The notes under the pieces were generated by a model. That model was not told the DNA's origin. It saw only the letters and a program-made list of their open reading frames with translations, and searched no databases. From contig SKQW01000231.1 in the NCBI GenBank assembly GCA_007118805.1, positions 1 through 51,182 on the forward strand: DNA of 51,182 bases, written 5' to 3'. Made by a program: the position numbers and the translations under genes. The DNA comes from Rhodobiaceae bacterium. GTDB lineage: Bacteria; Pseudomonadota; Alphaproteobacteria; Rhizobiales; Tepidamorphaceae. Of this stretch, positions 10,248 to 21,002 are shown piece by piece (within the stretch, counting starts at the first letter, position 1; each line of letters opens with the position of its first letter).

Positions 10248-10831
10248 GCGGGCGACGCGCCCCGCCGCGGCTCAGCCCCGAGGATGCGGCGCTGTGGCGA
10301 CGCGTAACCGAAAGCGTCCGGCCGATCCGAGCGATCGATCCACACCGCGACACTGGCCAGGAAAACGCTCCAACAGAGACAGGCCAGGCACCGCAAGCGC
10401 CCCCCTCCGAGCCCCGCGGTGCTCGCACCGAGGCGCCGAAGCGCCTGCCTCACTCGCCCGGCGGGGTGGTCGACAAGCGCCTTGTCCGGCGGATCGGGCG
10501 CGGCAAGGCCGCCGTCGACGGCGTGCTCGACCTGCACGGCCTGACGCAGCGCCAGGCTTTTCCGCGGCTGCTTGCCTTCCTGCGCGACTCCCAAACGGCC
10601 GGCCGCCGGCTGGTGCTCGTCGTCACCGGCAAGGGCCGGTTCGACGAGGCCGGCGACTGGTGGCAGGAGGGCGCCCGCGGGGTGTTGCGCCGGGCAGTGC
10701 CAGAATGGCTGGCCACGCCGGAATTCCGCCCCCTCGTAGTGGGCTTTCGGCAAGCCCATGACCGCAAGGGCGGCGAGGGCGCCCTCTACGTCCAGATACG
10801 CCGCAAGCGGTCCGGGAGTGAGCCGGCATGA
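10244..10831 (+). CDS. Smr (MutS2-related) domain protein
   Basis: DLHGLTQRQAFPRLLAFL...VLVVTGKG Smr motifs. ATG 10244 makes an ATGA overlap with the mltA stop. Confidence 0.8.
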   Translation: MSGRRAPPRLSPEDAALWRRVTESVRPIRAIDPHRDTGQENAPTETGQAPQAPPSEPRGARTEAPKRLPHSPGGVVDKRLVRRIGRGKAAVDGVLDLHGLTQRQAFPRLLAFLRDSQTAGRRLVLVVTGKGRFDEAGDWWQEGARGVLRRAVPEWLATPEFRPLVVGFRQAHDRKGGEGALYVQIRRKRSGSEPA

Positions 10832-11195
10832 CGCCCTTCGGCGCGCGGCTGCGCGCCCTGCGCCGCGCCCGCAACGTATCGCTGAAGCAGATGGCGGGGG
10901 CACTCGGCGTCTCGTCCGCCTATCTCTCGGCCCTGGAGCATGGCCGACGCGGGCCCCCGCCCTGGCCTCTGGTTCAGTCCGTGATCGCCTATTTTACGTG
11001 ATCTGGGACGAGGCCGAGGAGCTTCAGCGCCTGGCGGCGCTGTCTCATCCCCGCGTTACGGTGGACACCGCCGGTCTTCCGCCCGAGGCCACCGAATTGG
11101 CCAATGTGCTCGCCCGGGATATCGCGCGTTTGTCGCGCGCCGAAGCCGCCGCGCTTCTCCAGCGGGTTAAAGCTATGGTCGAGCAGCGGATGTGA
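10828..11195 (+). pseudogene. XRE-family helix-turn-helix regulator split by a 1-nt frameshift near 10994-10998
   Basis: The frame from ATG 10828 gives MTPFGARLRALRRARNVSLKQMAGALGVSSAYLSALEHGRRGPPPWPLVQSVIAYFT and stops at 10999-11001. The coding-like sequence continues in the +1 frame as VIWDEAEELQRLAALSHPRVTVDTAGL... to 11195. Confidence 0.65.
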
Positions 11196-11219
11196 GGCCC
11201 GATTGCTGCGAGACTTCGC

Positions 11220-12527
11220 CTAGAGTATGAACCGGCTCAGATCGGCATCCTTGGCCAGATCGCCGATATGGTCGCGGACATAGGCGGCGTCCACGGTGAT
11301 TTCCTCTCCGGTCCGGTCGGGTGCCTCGAAGCTGACCTCGTCAAGCACTCGCTCCATCACGGTCTGAAGGCGCCGCGCGCCGATATTCTCGACCGAGGCA
11401 TTGACCTCCACGGCGATCTTCGCCAGCTCGGCGACGGCGTCGTCGGTGAAGACCAGCCGCAGGCCCTCAGTGCCCATCAGCGCGACATACTGTTTGATCA
11501 GGCTTGCCTCGGTCTCGGTCAGGATCCGGCGGAAATCCTCCTCGGTCAGCGGCCGCAGCGACACCCGGATCGGCAGGCGGCCCTGCAGCTCGGGCAGCAG
11601 GTCCGACGGCTTGGCCTGGTGAAAGGCGCCCGATGCGATGAAGAGCACATGATCGGTCTTCACGGGGCCATGCTTGGTCGACACGGTGGTGCCCTCGATG
11701 AGGGGCAGAAGATCGCGCTGCACCCCTTCGCGGGAGACGTCGGCGCTGCCGACCCGCTCCGACCGGCCGGTGATCTTGTCGATCTCGTCCAGAAAGACGA
11801 TCCCGTGGTTCTCGGTGAGGTGGATGGCTTCTTGGGTAATCTGGTCGTCGTCGAGCAGCTTGTCGGATTCCTCCGCGATCAGTGGTTCGTACGCATCCTT
11901 CACGAACATGCGCCGAGGCTTAGTCTGGCCGCCGAACGCCTTGCCGAAAATGTCTCCGAGATTGATCATACCGACCTGCGATCCCGGCATGCCGGGTACG
12001 TCGAGGGAGGGCATGGACATGGACTGGCGCAGCTCGACCTCGATTTCCTTGTCGTCGAGCTGACCATCGCGCAGCCGCCGCCGGAAGGTCTCCCGCGTCT
12101 GGTTGCCGGCGCCCGGCCCCACCAGCGCGTTGAGGACCCGCTCTTCGGCGGCTACATGCGCCTTGGCCTGAACCTCCCGGCGCCGGCGCGCTCGCACCAG
12201 TCCAACGGCCGATTCCAGGAGATCGCGCACGATCGATTCCACATCGCGGCCGACATAGCCTACTTCAGTGAACTTGGTGGCCTCCACCTTTATGAACGGC
12301 GCATTGGCGAGCTTTGCCAGCCGCCGCGAGATTTCCGTTTTGCCGACGCCGGTCGGCCCGATCATCAGTATGTTCTTGGGCAGCACTTCCTCGCGCAGGC
12401 CCTCTTCGAGCTGCTGGCGCCGCCAACGGTTTCTCAGTGCGATGGCAACCGCGCGTTTGGCGTCGCGCTGGCCAACAATGTAGCGGTCGAGCTCGGATAC
12501 AATTTCGCGAGGGGAAAAGTCGGTCAT
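11220..12527 (-). CDS. hslU: ATP-dependent protease ATPase subunit HslU
   Basis: 435 aa. [20 protein letters not shown] and [15 protein letters not shown] Walker A. Confidence 0.95.
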   Translation of the reverse strand: MTDFSPREIVSELDRYIVGQRDAKRAVAIALRNRWRRQQLEEGLREEVLPKNILMIGPTGVGKTEISRRLAKLANAPFIKVEATKFTEVGYVGRDVESIVRDLLESAVGLVRARRRREVQAKAHVAAEERVLNALVGPGAGNQTRETFRRRLRDGQLDDKEIEVELRQSMSMPSLDVPGMPGSQVGMINLGDIFGKAFGGQTKPRRMFVKDAYEPLIAEESDKLLDDDQITQEAIHLTENHGIVFLDEIDKITGRSERVGSADVSREGVQRDLLPLIEGTTVSTKHGPVKTDHVLFIASGAFHQAKPSDLLPELQGRLPIRVSLRPLTEEDFRRILTETEASLIKQYVALMGTEGLRLVFTDDAVAELAKIAVEVNASVENIGARRLQTVMERVLDEVSFEAPDRTGEEITVDAAYVRDHIGDLAKDADLSRFIL

Positions 12528-12561
12528 GCCTCGTTCCTGATTTGGCGGTGCGGTGGGGCGC

Positions 12562-13119
12562 TCAGGCCGTGTCCAGACTTTCCACGATGAGCTGGTCGTT
12601 CGTGTAGACGCAGATGTCGGCGGCGATCTTCAAGGCCTTGCGGGCGATGGCCTCGGCGTCGAGATCTGTGTCCTGAAGGGCGCGGGCCGCAGCAAGGGCG
12701 AAGTTGCCGCCCGAGCCGATGCCGGCCAGACCGTTCTCGGGCTCAAGCACGTCACCATTGCCGCTGAGGAGGAGGCTGACTTCGCTGTCTGCGACGAGCA
12801 TGAGTGCCTGCAGGTGCCGGAGATAGCGGTCAGTGCGCCAGTCCTTGGCGAGCTCCACCGCCGCCCGCAGAAGCTGGCGCGGATACTGCTCGAGCTTCGT
12901 CTCGAGCCGCTCGAACAGGGTGAAGGCATCGGCCGTGGCGCCGGCGAACCCTCCGATCACAGATCCGTCTGCCAACGGGCGCACCTTGCGGGCGGACTGC
13001 TTGACGATGGTCTCGCCCATGCTGACCTGACCATCGCCGGCGACCACCACCTTGCCGCCCTTGCGCACAGTCAGAATGGTGGTGGCGTGCCAAACCGGCT
13101 CTCGCGCGCCTGTTGTCAT
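12562..13119 (-). CDS. hslV: ATP-dependent protease subunit HslV
   Basis: 185 aa. [24 protein letters not shown], with the N-terminal Thr nucleophile region. Confidence 0.95.
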   Translation of the reverse strand: MTTGAREPVWHATTILTVRKGGKVVVAGDGQVSMGETIVKQSARKVRPLADGSVIGGFAGATADAFTLFERLETKLEQYPRQLLRAAVELAKDWRTDRYLRHLQALMLVADSEVSLLLSGNGDVLEPENGLAGIGSGGNFALAAARALQDTDLDAEAIARKALKIAADICVYTNDQLIVESLDTA

Positions 13120-13257
13120 GGGATCTCCTGTCTGCGGGCGATGGCGTCGCCCTCATCTATGCCTCCATCGCGTCGATTCAACGTCGGCCGCTGGCATCCG
13201 CGCCATTGGCCTGATAAAACCCGCTACTTCCCGCAACGCAAGCGGACGACCCGAAGA

Positions 13258-13860
13258 ATGACGACAACCCGCAGGGCCGAGGTCAGGCGTGAAACCGGCG
13301 AGACCAGGGTCAGGATCGGGCTCGATCTTGATGGCGTTGGCGCTGCCAGGGTGGCGACTGGCATCGGCTTTCTGGACCACATGCTCGAGCTACTCGCCCG
13401 CCACTCCTTGATCGACCTCGAAGTCGAGGCCGAGGGCGATCTCCATGTCGACCGACACCATACGACCGAGGATGTCGGCATCGTGTTGGGTCAGGCCGTG
13501 GCGAGCGCGCTCGGTGACCGCCGCGGGATCGTGCGCTACGGCTCGATCGATCTGCCCATGGACGAGACCCTGACACGGGTATCCGTCGACGTGTCGGGCC
13601 GCCCCATGCTCGTGTGGCGCGTCGATTTCCCGGGTGCGAGCGTTGGCGACATGGAATGCGAGCTGTTCCGGGAGTGGTTCCAGGCCTTCACCCAGAACGC
13701 CGGGATCACGCTTCATGTCGAGACGTTCTATGGGGACAATGGGCACCATATCGCGGAGAGTTGCTACAAGGGACTGGCCCGCGCCCTGCGGCAGGCACTT
13801 GCCTTGGACCCCAGGGAGGCGGACCGGATTCCCTCAACCAAGGGCTCGCTGACGGCGTGA
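13258..13860 (+). CDS. hisB: Imidazoleglycerol-phosphate dehydratase
   Basis: [17 protein letters not shown] and HHTTEDVGI motifs. The true start is ATG 13258. The track ORF from 12553 is an antisense-hslV extension. Confidence 0.93.
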   Translation: MTTTRRAEVRRETGETRVRIGLDLDGVGAARVATGIGFLDHMLELLARHSLIDLEVEAEGDLHVDRHHTTEDVGIVLGQAVASALGDRRGIVRYGSIDLPMDETLTRVSVDVSGRPMLVWRVDFPGASVGDMECELFREWFQAFTQNAGITLHVETFYGDNGHHIAESCYKGLARALRQALALDPREADRIPSTKGSLTA

Positions 13861-13870
13861 GGAAGGCACA

Positions 13871-14362
13871 ATGAAGGTGTTCACGGTCTATGCGCCGCCC
13901 GATACTGGAGCCGATCCAGCCGGCGACGCCCTGCGTATGGCCTTCATCAAGGACGGCTTCTGCTGGCCAGCGCTCGTGGTGCCGCTCCTTTGGCTGTTAT
14001 GGCATCGCATGTGGCTCACCCTGCTTGGCTGGCTCGGAGCTGCCGCTGCGATTGCCCTGGTGACCGCGACCGTATCCTGGGCCGAACCGTTCGCAACCCC
14101 CGCCGCACTACTTTTCGCCTTCTGGTTCGCGCTCGAAGCTAATGGCCTCCGGCGCTGGACCCTGGAGCGCCATGGCTGGCGCTTCGCGGGGCTGGCGAGT
14201 GGGCGCAATCGGTTCGAATGCGAACACGGCTTTTTTCAGCGGTGGCTTGACCGGCTGCCGGCGGCCCGACCAGAACGACAGTCTGTCGTGCCGCCGGTTC
14301 CCAAGGCGCCACGCAGGCCAGGGGACAGTCCGGTGATCGGCCTGTTTCCGCGAGCCGAGTAG
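13871..14362 (+). CDS. DUF2628-type membrane protein embedded in the his operon
   Basis: 163 aa. [24 protein letters not shown] motif. The position between hisB and hisH is typical of Rhizobiales. Confidence 0.65.
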   Translation: MKVFTVYAPPDTGADPAGDALRMAFIKDGFCWPALVVPLLWLLWHRMWLTLLGWLGAAAAIALVTATVSWAEPFATPAALLFAFWFALEANGLRRWTLERHGWRFAGLASGRNRFECEHGFFQRWLDRLPAARPERQSVVPPVPKAPRRPGDSPVIGLFPRAE

Positions 14363-14367
14363 AGCCG

Positions 14368-15018
14368 ATGCACGTCGCCATTCTCGACTATGGCTCGGGC
14401 AACCTGCGCTCGGCGCAGAAGGCATTCGAGCGAGCGGCGCGGGAGCGGGGCCTTGCCGTCGAAATCGCAGTTACCGATCGGCCCGAGGAGGTCGCCGCGG
14501 CGGACCGCGTCGTTCTGCCCGGCGTCGGCGCTTTCGCCGACTGCAAGCGTGGGCTGGATGCCGTGCCGGGGCTGTCAGAGGCGCTGACGGAAGCAGTGAT
14601 TGGAAACAGCCGGCCCTTTCTGGGCATCTGCGTCGGCATGCAGCTCATGGCGAGCGTCGGCAGGGAATATGAGGAGGCGGAGGGCCTGGACTGGATTTCG
14701 GGAGAGGTCGTGCGTCTGGAACCGGCCGATCCGACGCTCAAGATCCCCCACATGGGTTGGAACACGCTTCGTGTGCGTGCCTCGCACCCTCTGCTGGGCG
14801 ACATCGAGACGGGCGAGGACGGCTGGCATGCCTATTTCGTGCATTCCTATCACCTCAAGGCCGCCGAGCGCGATCGCGTGCTTGCCGAGACCGACTACGG
14901 CGCGGCGGTAACCGCGGTCGTGGCGCGCGACAATATGGCGGGCACTCAGTTCCACCCGGAAAAGAGCCAGCGGCTGGGCCTTTCCCTGCTCGGCAATTTC
15001 CTGGAGTGGCGGCCGTGA
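14368..15018 (+). CDS. hisH: Imidazole glycerol phosphate synthase, glutamine amidotransferase subunit
   Basis: 216 aa. [15 protein letters not shown] and FHPEKS catalytic-triad context. Confidence 0.93.
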   Translation: MHVAILDYGSGNLRSAQKAFERAARERGLAVEIAVTDRPEEVAAADRVVLPGVGAFADCKRGLDAVPGLSEALTEAVIGNSRPFLGICVGMQLMASVGREYEEAEGLDWISGEVVRLEPADPTLKIPHMGWNTLRVRASHPLLGDIETGEDGWHAYFVHSYHLKAAERDRVLAETDYGAAVTAVVARDNMAGTQFHPEKSQRLGLSLLGNFLEWRP

Positions 15019-15746
15019 TCCTGTTCCCCGCCATCGATCTGAAGGACGGGCAGTGCGTTCGTCTCGTGCGGGGTGACATGGCGTCCGCCACCGTGTTTGG
15101 CGATGATCCTGCGGCGCAGGCCCGCGCCTTCGAGGCGGCCGGCTTCGAATGGCTCCACGTTGTCGACCTCAACGGCGCCTTTGCGGGCCGCAGCGTCAAT
15201 GGCGCGGCCGTCGAGGCAATCCTCTCGGCCGTGTCTGTCCCGGTCCAGCTTGGCGGCGGCATTCGTGACCTGGCCGGTGTCGAGGCATGGCTGGACAAGG
15301 GGGTCGCCCGGGTGATCCTCGGAACGGCCGCGGTGCGCGATCCCGACCTGGTCATGGCCGCCTGCCGCGCCCATCCCGGCCGCATCGTGGTCGGGATCGA
15401 CGCGCGCGGAGGAAGGGTCGCGGTCGAGGGCTGGGCCGAGGCGAGCGAGATCGAGGCGATCGAGCTTGCCCGCCGATTCGAGGACGCCGGCGTAGCAGCC
15501 ATTATCTATACTGACATCGACCGAGACGGCGTGCTCGCCGGCCTCAACCTCGAAGCCACGCTCGCGCTCGCCCGCGCTGTCTCGATCCCCGTCATCGCCT
15601 CGGGTGGGCTTGCCTCGCTCGACGACGTCCGCCGGCTGATTGCGCCAGATGCTTGGGTGCTGGCCGGGGCCGTTACCGGCCGCGCGCTCTATGATGGCCG
15701 GCTCGACGCCGGCGAGGCTCTGAAGCTGATCCGGGACGCTGCCTGA
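15015..15746 (+). CDS. hisA: ProFAR isomerase
   Basis: [21 protein letters not shown] from GTG 15015 (GTGA overlap with hisH). The track start at 14757 lies inside hisH. Confidence 0.92.
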   Translation: MILFPAIDLKDGQCVRLVRGDMASATVFGDDPAAQARAFEAAGFEWLHVVDLNGAFAGRSVNGAAVEAILSAVSVPVQLGGGIRDLAGVEAWLDKGVARVILGTAAVRDPDLVMAACRAHPGRIVVGIDARGGRVAVEGWAEASEIEAIELARRFEDAGVAAIIYTDIDRDGVLAGLNLEATLALARAVSIPVIASGGLASLDDVRRLIAPDAWVLAGAVTGRALYDGRLDAGEALKLIRDAA

Positions 15747-16564
15747 TGCTCAAGACCCGTATAATCCCCTGCCTTGACGTCAAGGACGGGCGGGTGGTCA
15801 AGGGCGTGCGCTTCGTCGACCTGATCGATGCCGGCGATCCGGTCGCGGCGGCGGAGGCCTACGATGCGGCGGGAGCGGACGAGCTGTGTTTTCTCGATAT
15901 CACGGCCAGCCACGAGGATCGCGGCATTCTGCTCGAAATGGTCCGGCGTACCGCCGAACGTTGCTTCATGCCGCTGACCGTGGGTGGCGGGGTGCGAACC
16001 GTCGAGGATGTGCGCACGCTCCTCAGGGCCGGCGCCGACAAGGTTTCGATCAACACGGCAGCGGTGAAGGAGCGCGCCTTCGTGCGCGAGGCGGCCGAGA
16101 AGTTCGGTAGCCAGTGCATCGTGGTCGCAGTGGACGCCAAGGCGGTGGATGACGGGGGTGGGGCGCCGCGTTGGGAGATCTTTACCCATGGCGGGCGCAA
16201 CTCGACCGGGCTCGATGCGGTGGACTATGCCCAGGAGGTGGTTGGGCTCGGCGCCGGCGAGATCCTGCTGACCTCGATGGATCGCGACGGTACCAAATCA
16301 GGCTACGATCTTGCGCTGACCTGCGCCATTTCACAAGCTGTTCATGTACCGGTGATCGCTTCGGGCGGCGTCGGCACGCTGGATCATCTCGTCGAGGGGG
16401 TGCGCGATGGCAAGGCGAGCGCCGTTCTCGCCGCGTCGATCTTTCATTTCGGCACCTACTCGATCGACGAGGCCAAGGCCCATATGGCGGCGGCCGGAAT
16501 CCCGGTACGGCGCGATCCGCCGGTCGCACACGACCTGGCCGCCAGTGCGGAGGAGGGCGCATGA
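15746..16564 (+). CDS. hisF: Imidazole glycerol phosphate synthase cyclase subunit
   Basis: 272 aa. [16 protein letters not shown] and [10 protein letters not shown] motifs. Confidence 0.94.
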   Translation: MLKTRIIPCLDVKDGRVVKGVRFVDLIDAGDPVAAAEAYDAAGADELCFLDITASHEDRGILLEMVRRTAERCFMPLTVGGGVRTVEDVRTLLRAGADKVSINTAAVKERAFVREAAEKFGSQCIVVAVDAKAVDDGGGAPRWEIFTHGGRNSTGLDAVDYAQEVVGLGAGEILLTSMDRDGTKSGYDLALTCAISQAVHVPVIASGGVGTLDHLVEGVRDGKASAVLAASIFHFGTYSIDEAKAHMAAAGIPVRRDPPVAHDLAASAEEGA

Positions 16565-16887
16565 GCGCTGATCGACTGGCGATCGCGGAGCTGGCTGCCG
16601 TGATCGCCAGACGCCAGGGAGCGGACCCTGCTTCCTCCTATACGGCCAGGCTCCTGTCGGACGGGGTGGAAACCTGCGCCCGCAAGCTGGGCGAGGAGGC
16701 GGTGGAGACTGTCATTGCGGCAGTCTCGCACGAGCCGGACGCATTGCGTGCAGAGGCCGCCGACCTCATCTATCATCTCTTGGTCCTGCTCGTTGCGGCC
16801 GGTATCGAGTTCGACGAGATCGAAGCCGAGCTCGGGCGCCGCGCCGGCGTTTCGGGCCTTGAAGAGAAGGCATCACGCAGCAGATGA
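16561..16887 (+). CDS. hisE: Phosphoribosyl-ATP pyrophosphatase
   Basis: 108 aa from ATG 16561 (ATGA overlap with hisF). [15 protein letters not shown] and [13 protein letters not shown] motifs. Confidence 0.9.
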   Translation: MSADRLAIAELAAVIARRQGADPASSYTARLLSDGVETCARKLGEEAVETVIAAVSHEPDALRAEAADLIYHLLVLLVAAGIEFDEIEAELGRRAGVSGLEEKASRSR

Positions 16888-17870
16888 CTCCGGCGGGCCT
16901 TTCCGCGTTGGTTAAGCTGGACGCCAATCGGGACGGCGTCCCCAACCCCTATCAAGTGTTCTCCCGACAGGAATGGGCGAATCTGCGCGCCGAGACGCCG
17001 CTGACCCTGAGCGAGGAGGAGATCGAGCAGCTCCGCGGACTCAATGAACGCCTGTCGATCGACGAGGTCGTCGAGATCTACCTGCCACTGGCGCGGCTCA
17101 TGAGTCTCTATGTTCATGCCACCCAGGAGCTCTACAGGGCCACTGGTGCCTTTCTTGGTGCCGATCGGCCCAAGATGCCCTTCATCATCGGTCTGGGCGG
17201 CTCGGTCGCCGTGGGCAAGTCGACCACGGCTCGCGTCCTCAAGGAGCTCTTGGCCCGCACCCCAGGCACCCCCGCAGTCGAGCTGGTGACGACAGACGGG
17301 TTCCTGCATCCCAAGGCAGTGCTTGAGCGCGAGGGCTTGATGGAGCGCAAGGGCTTTCCCGAAAGCTACGATGTCGCCGCGCTGCTGAGGTTCCTCGCGC
17401 GCATCAAGGCAGGCGAGAGGCGGGTGGAAGCGCCGGTCTACTCCCATTTCGTCTACGACATCCTCCCCGACCAGAAGATCGTCGTCGACCGGCCCGATAT
17501 CCTGATTGTCGAGGGAGTCAACGTATTGCAGACGGGGCGCCCGCCCAAGGACGGCAAGGCGATTCCCTTCGTCTCGGACTATTTTGACTTCTCGGTCTTC
17601 ATCGACGCCGCGCCGCTGCTTGCCGAGCGGTGGTATGTCGAGCGCTTCATGAAGCTGCGCACCACGCTGTTTCGCGATCCCGGTTCCTATTTCCACCAGT
17701 ACTCCAAGCTGAGCGATGAGGAGGCCGAGGCCACGGCGCAGGCGATCTTCCGGCGCATAAATCTGCCCAATCTGGTGGAGAACATTCTGCCCACGCGCCA
17801 ACGCGCCGACCTCATCCTCGTCAAGGGCGAGGATCACCTCGTCGAGGAGGTTTGGTTGAGAAAGCTGTGA
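16884..17870 (+). CDS. coaA: Type I pantothenate kinase
   Basis: 328 aa. [16 protein letters not shown]-loop. ATGA overlap with hisE. Confidence 0.92.
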   Translation: MTPAGLSALVKLDANRDGVPNPYQVFSRQEWANLRAETPLTLSEEEIEQLRGLNERLSIDEVVEIYLPLARLMSLYVHATQELYRATGAFLGADRPKMPFIIGLGGSVAVGKSTTARVLKELLARTPGTPAVELVTTDGFLHPKAVLEREGLMERKGFPESYDVAALLRFLARIKAGERRVEAPVYSHFVYDILPDQKIVVDRPDILIVEGVNVLQTGRPPKDGKAIPFVSDYFDFSVFIDAAPLLAERWYVERFMKLRTTLFRDPGSYFHQYSKLSDEEAEATAQAIFRRINLPNLVENILPTRQRADLILVKGEDHLVEEVWLRKL

Positions 17871-17927
17871 TCGTCCCGCCAGAAGGGCTGTGGGCGTTAC
17901 ACTCTGTCGGCGATAAAGGCGATTGCG

Positions 17928-18209
17928 TCAGTGGCCCCGAAGGCGCGCAAGTTCGGCTTCGAAGTCCGCGCATAGCCGACTGGCCTCCTCGTCGGGCAGC
18001 CAGAGCGACATTTGCGGAAAAACCGTGCGGTATAGCCGCGCTTCGTCCTCGCTCCAGGGAAGCGTCTCGGCGGCGCGCGCTTCGGCCAGAAGCTCCTGAA
18101 GGCGCGTTCTGACCCGTTCGGGATCGCCCCGATAGGCCGGACGGCTTTCGCGGCCGGCGCCATCTGCGTCGCCGTCGACTTCGGGAAATGACAAATGCGC
18201 GCGCGTCAT
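17928..18209 (-). CDS. Hypothetical 93-aa protein
   Basis: GC3-rich ORF with coding-like codon usage (MTRAHLSFPEV...LPWSEDEARLYRTVFPQMSLWLPDEEASRL...). I cannot assign a family. Confidence 0.4.
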   Translation of the reverse strand: MTRAHLSFPEVDGDADGAGRESRPAYRGDPERVRTRLQELLAEARAAETLPWSEDEARLYRTVFPQMSLWLPDEEASRLCADFEAELARLRGH

Positions 18210-18394
18210 GGATCGATGCCCCCCTGCCGCGAATCACCTGGACGCAACGTCATGATGCGCGATGCGCTCGCCGGATGCGAGGGTGCGCATGGGCGGCTTG
18301 GCAATCGGGGGCGGAATGAAGCAAGGTTGCTTCCCGTGCGCTTGGCGCGGGCACCCGGCGCAGGGGCGCCCGGCCTCGGAGTGGTGCCTGCATC

Positions 18395-18420
18395 GGAACC
18401 CCGCCTTGGAGGCAGGCGTT
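18395..18420 (+). promoter_or_regulatory. sigma-EcfG-type (general stress response) promoter motif GGAAC-N17-CGTT
   Basis: GGAAC at 18395-99, 17-nt spacer, CGTT at 18417-20. It lies 28 nt upstream of GTG 18449 of the DUF1028 gene. Confidence 0.6.
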
Positions 18421-18448
18421 GCATCGTGGTAGTCGCGAAGGGGGAGCT

Positions 18449-19123
18449 GTGACCTTATCCATTACCGCAAAGTGCCCGCAGAGCGGGAGTTTCGGGGTTG
18501 CCGCCGTGACCGCTCTGCCGGCGGTCGGCAAGCTGGTCTCCTACGCCTTCCCGCATGCGGGAGCTTCCGCCACCCAGGCGCGGGTCAACCCTTATCTCGG
18601 CATCGACGGGATTGCCCTCTTGCGCCGGGGATTATCGGCGCAAGCGGCGTTGTCACGTCTCCTTGATGAGGACCCGAACGCTGAGGCACGCCAGTTGGCG
18701 CTGATTGACCATGTCGGCGAAGCGGCCGCCTGGACCGGTGCGAAATGTCTGCCCTGGGCAGGACACGAGGAACGCGCGGGCTTCTCGATCCAGGGCAACC
18801 GGCTGGTTGGCCCGCAAGTGCTGGATAACGCAGTTGCCGCTTTCGAGGACTCGGCAGGGCTTGCTTTGCCGGACCGGCTCCTGGCGGCGATTGAGGCAGG
18901 CGTGGACGCTGGAGGAGACACCAAGGGCGAGCATTCGGGCAGCGTCCTGGTGGTCCACGAGGAAGAGTATCCGGTTTGGGACATAAGGGTCGACCATCAC
19001 CTCGATCCCGTCGCGGAATTGCGGCGGTTGCACGCAATCTTCGCCGAGCAGCTCGTCCCGGAGATCAGATCGATGCCGACCCGCGCCAATCCTTCGGGCC
19101 TGGCCGGCGAGGAGTCGGTATGA
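18449..19123 (+). CDS. DUF1028 family (Ntn-hydrolase-fold) protein
   Basis: N-terminus (V)TLSITAKCPQSGSFGVAAVTALPAVG is typical of DUF1028. GTG 18449 is preceded by the RBS GAAGGGGGAG. The track start TTG 18419 lies inside the promoter -10 element. Confidence 0.7.
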   Translation: MTLSITAKCPQSGSFGVAAVTALPAVGKLVSYAFPHAGASATQARVNPYLGIDGIALLRRGLSAQAALSRLLDEDPNAEARQLALIDHVGEAAAWTGAKCLPWAGHEERAGFSIQGNRLVGPQVLDNAVAAFEDSAGLALPDRLLAAIEAGVDAGGDTKGEHSGSVLVVHEEEYPVWDIRVDHHLDPVAELRRLHAIFAEQLVPEIRSMPTRANPSGLAGEESV

Positions 19124-20016
19124 ACGAGGAGCACGCGCAGGATCGGGGCGATGCGATTACGGGCGGTGAGATGGTGGTGCGTCGAAGCCCCACCGACACG
19201 CCACCCGCCCCGCTGGTGGTGGATTCCCCGCATAGTGGCCGGATCTATCCGGCTGATTTCCGGCCGGCCGTGTCCCACGGGCTCCTCAAGGGGGGCGAGG
19301 ATCGTTTTGTCGACGAGCTGTTTGGCGCCGCGCCGTTGCATGGCGCCGTGATGATCGCCGCCCGTTTCGCCCGCACCTATATCGACCCGAACCGCAGCCT
19401 GGCGGAGATGGAGCCGGAACTCGTGGAGGGCTCGTGGCCCTGGCCCGTGGCCGAAACCGAACACACCCGGCTCGGGGTCGGACTGGTGTTCCGCAAGATC
19501 GGAGCGGGCGTCGACATCTACGATCGGGAGCTTTCCTTCCAGGAGGTCAGACACCGCATCGAGACGTGCTGGCAGCCCTATCACGACGCGCTGTCGGAGG
19601 CGATCGAGGCAACGCATTCGCGCAGCGGACTCGTCTTCCATCTCAACTGCCATTCGATGGAGCCGGTTGGCGACGAGCTGTCGCCCGATCCCGGTGTCGT
19701 GCGCCCCGACTTCGTCCTTGGAGACCTTGAGGGGAGGTCGTGCGCACCGGAGTTTTCCGCGTTCGTCGCAGATGTTTTGCGCCGATTGGGCTACACGGTG
19801 GCGCTCAACGACCCCTATAAGGGCGCAGAGCTCGTCGAGCGCTACGGCGATCCGATACGTCAGCGTCACAGCTTGCAGATCGAGGTCAATCGCGGTCGAT
19901 ACATGGATCTCGACAGCCGGGAGAAGAATGCGGGCTTCGCGAGCCTAGAACGCGATCTCTCCCGCTTGCTCGCCGAGCTGTGCGAGTATGCGCGCAACAA
20001 GGAACGATCGCTATGA
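19120..20016 (+). CDS. N-formylglutamate amidohydrolase family (FGase, PF05013-like) protein
   Basis: VVDSPHSGRIYP, RTYIDPNR and HLNCHSM motifs. ATG 19120 makes an ATGA overlap with the DUF1028 stop. Confidence 0.72.
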   Translation: MNEEHAQDRGDAITGGEMVVRRSPTDTPPAPLVVDSPHSGRIYPADFRPAVSHGLLKGGEDRFVDELFGAAPLHGAVMIAARFARTYIDPNRSLAEMEPELVEGSWPWPVAETEHTRLGVGLVFRKIGAGVDIYDRELSFQEVRHRIETCWQPYHDALSEAIEATHSRSGLVFHLNCHSMEPVGDELSPDPGVVRPDFVLGDLEGRSCAPEFSAFVADVLRRLGYTVALNDPYKGAELVERYGDPIRQRHSLQIEVNRGRYMDLDSREKNAGFASLERDLSRLLAELCEYARNKERSL

Positions 20017-20978
20017 TACGGATCGCGGTTCTTGACGATTATCAGCAGGTCGCACGCAGGATGGCCGACTGGGACAGCCTGGGCGAGGACTGCAAGGTCG
20101 ACTTCTTTCACGAGAACATCCCCGCCGAATCAGCCGGCGACGTCCTGGGCCCCTATGACGTCTTGTGCCTGATGCGCGAGCGTCTACCCATGCCGCGCGC
20201 CCTGATCGAGCGCTTGCCCAATCTGAAGCTGATCATCTTCACCGGCGCGCGGCTGCTGACCCTCGACATGGCGGCGGCGACGGGGCGGGGCATCACCGTC
20301 TGTCACACCCATCCCGGCGAGTCGGCTCACGCCACCCCGGAGCTTGCATGGGGCCTCATCATCGCCGCGGCGCGCCATATCGGCGAAGAGCATCGGCGCA
20401 TGCGCGAGGGGCGCTGGCAGGAAACCCTCGGCATGACCCTCCACGACAAGACTCTTGGCATAGTCGGGCTGGGCAAGCTCGGCGGCCGCATGGTGCCGAT
20501 CGCCAAGGCGTTCGGCATGAAGGTAATCGCGTGGAGCGAGAATCTGACCGAGGAGCGAGCCCGCGAAGCGGGGGCGACGCTGGTCACCAAGAGCGAGCTG
20601 TTCGCCCGGTCCGACGTGATCACCGTTCATCTGGTCCTCAGCGAGCGCACGCGCGGTTTGATCGGCGCGTCAGAATTGGCTCAGATGAAGCCCACTGGCA
20701 TCCTGGTCAACACCTCGCGCGGGCCGATCGTCGACGAGGCGGCGCTGATCGGCGCCCTACGCTCGCGGCAGATCGCGGGCGCCGGTCTCGATGTCTATGA
20801 TGTGGAGCCCCTTCCGGTCGTCCATCCGCTTCGCGAACTCGACAATGTGACGCTCACCCCGCATCTCGGCTATGTCACCGAGGGCGCGTATCGTCACTTT
20901 TTCCACGACATGGTGGAAGGCATCGCTGCCTGGCGGGCTGGTGCCCCGGTGCGCGTGGTGGCGGCGCCGGCGAACTGA
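20013..20978 (+). CDS. D-isomer-specific 2-hydroxyacid dehydrogenase family protein
   Basis: GIVGLGKLGGRM NAD-binding motif and the TPHLGY catalytic His region. ATGA overlap with the FGase gene. Confidence 0.82.
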   Translation: MIRIAVLDDYQQVARRMADWDSLGEDCKVDFFHENIPAESAGDVLGPYDVLCLMRERLPMPRALIERLPNLKLIIFTGARLLTLDMAAATGRGITVCHTHPGESAHATPELAWGLIIAAARHIGEEHRRMREGRWQETLGMTLHDKTLGIVGLGKLGGRMVPIAKAFGMKVIAWSENLTEERAREAGATLVTKSELFARSDVITVHLVLSERTRGLIGASELAQMKPTGILVNTSRGPIVDEAALIGALRSRQIAGAGLDVYDVEPLPVVHPLRELDNVTLTPHLGYVTEGAYRHFFHDMVEGIAAWRAGAPVRVVAAPAN

Positions 20979-21002
20979 TCGCATTTCTTCGCCTACGCAT
21001 AC

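Noticed and set aside
11268-12590. 440-aa plus-strand ORF opposite hslU
   Set aside because: HslU on the minus strand is certain. The plus-strand product has no recognisable motifs and shows the usual antisense composition.
12553-13860. 435-aa ORF suggesting a very long HisB
   Set aside because: Only the last 200 codons (from ATG 13258) are HisB. The upstream part is antisense to hslV plus intergenic sequence. N-terminal over-extensions were trimmed in the same way for hemE, secB, fxsA, hisA, hisE, the FGase gene, the PRC-barrel gene, the hydrolase, pcaG, pcaH, pcaJ, the fused ABC protein and the ABC binding protein.
16773-17837. 354-aa minus-strand ORF opposite coaA
   Set aside because: coaA (P-loop, translationally coupled to hisE) explains the region. 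The antisense ORF is a stop-codon-poor artefact.
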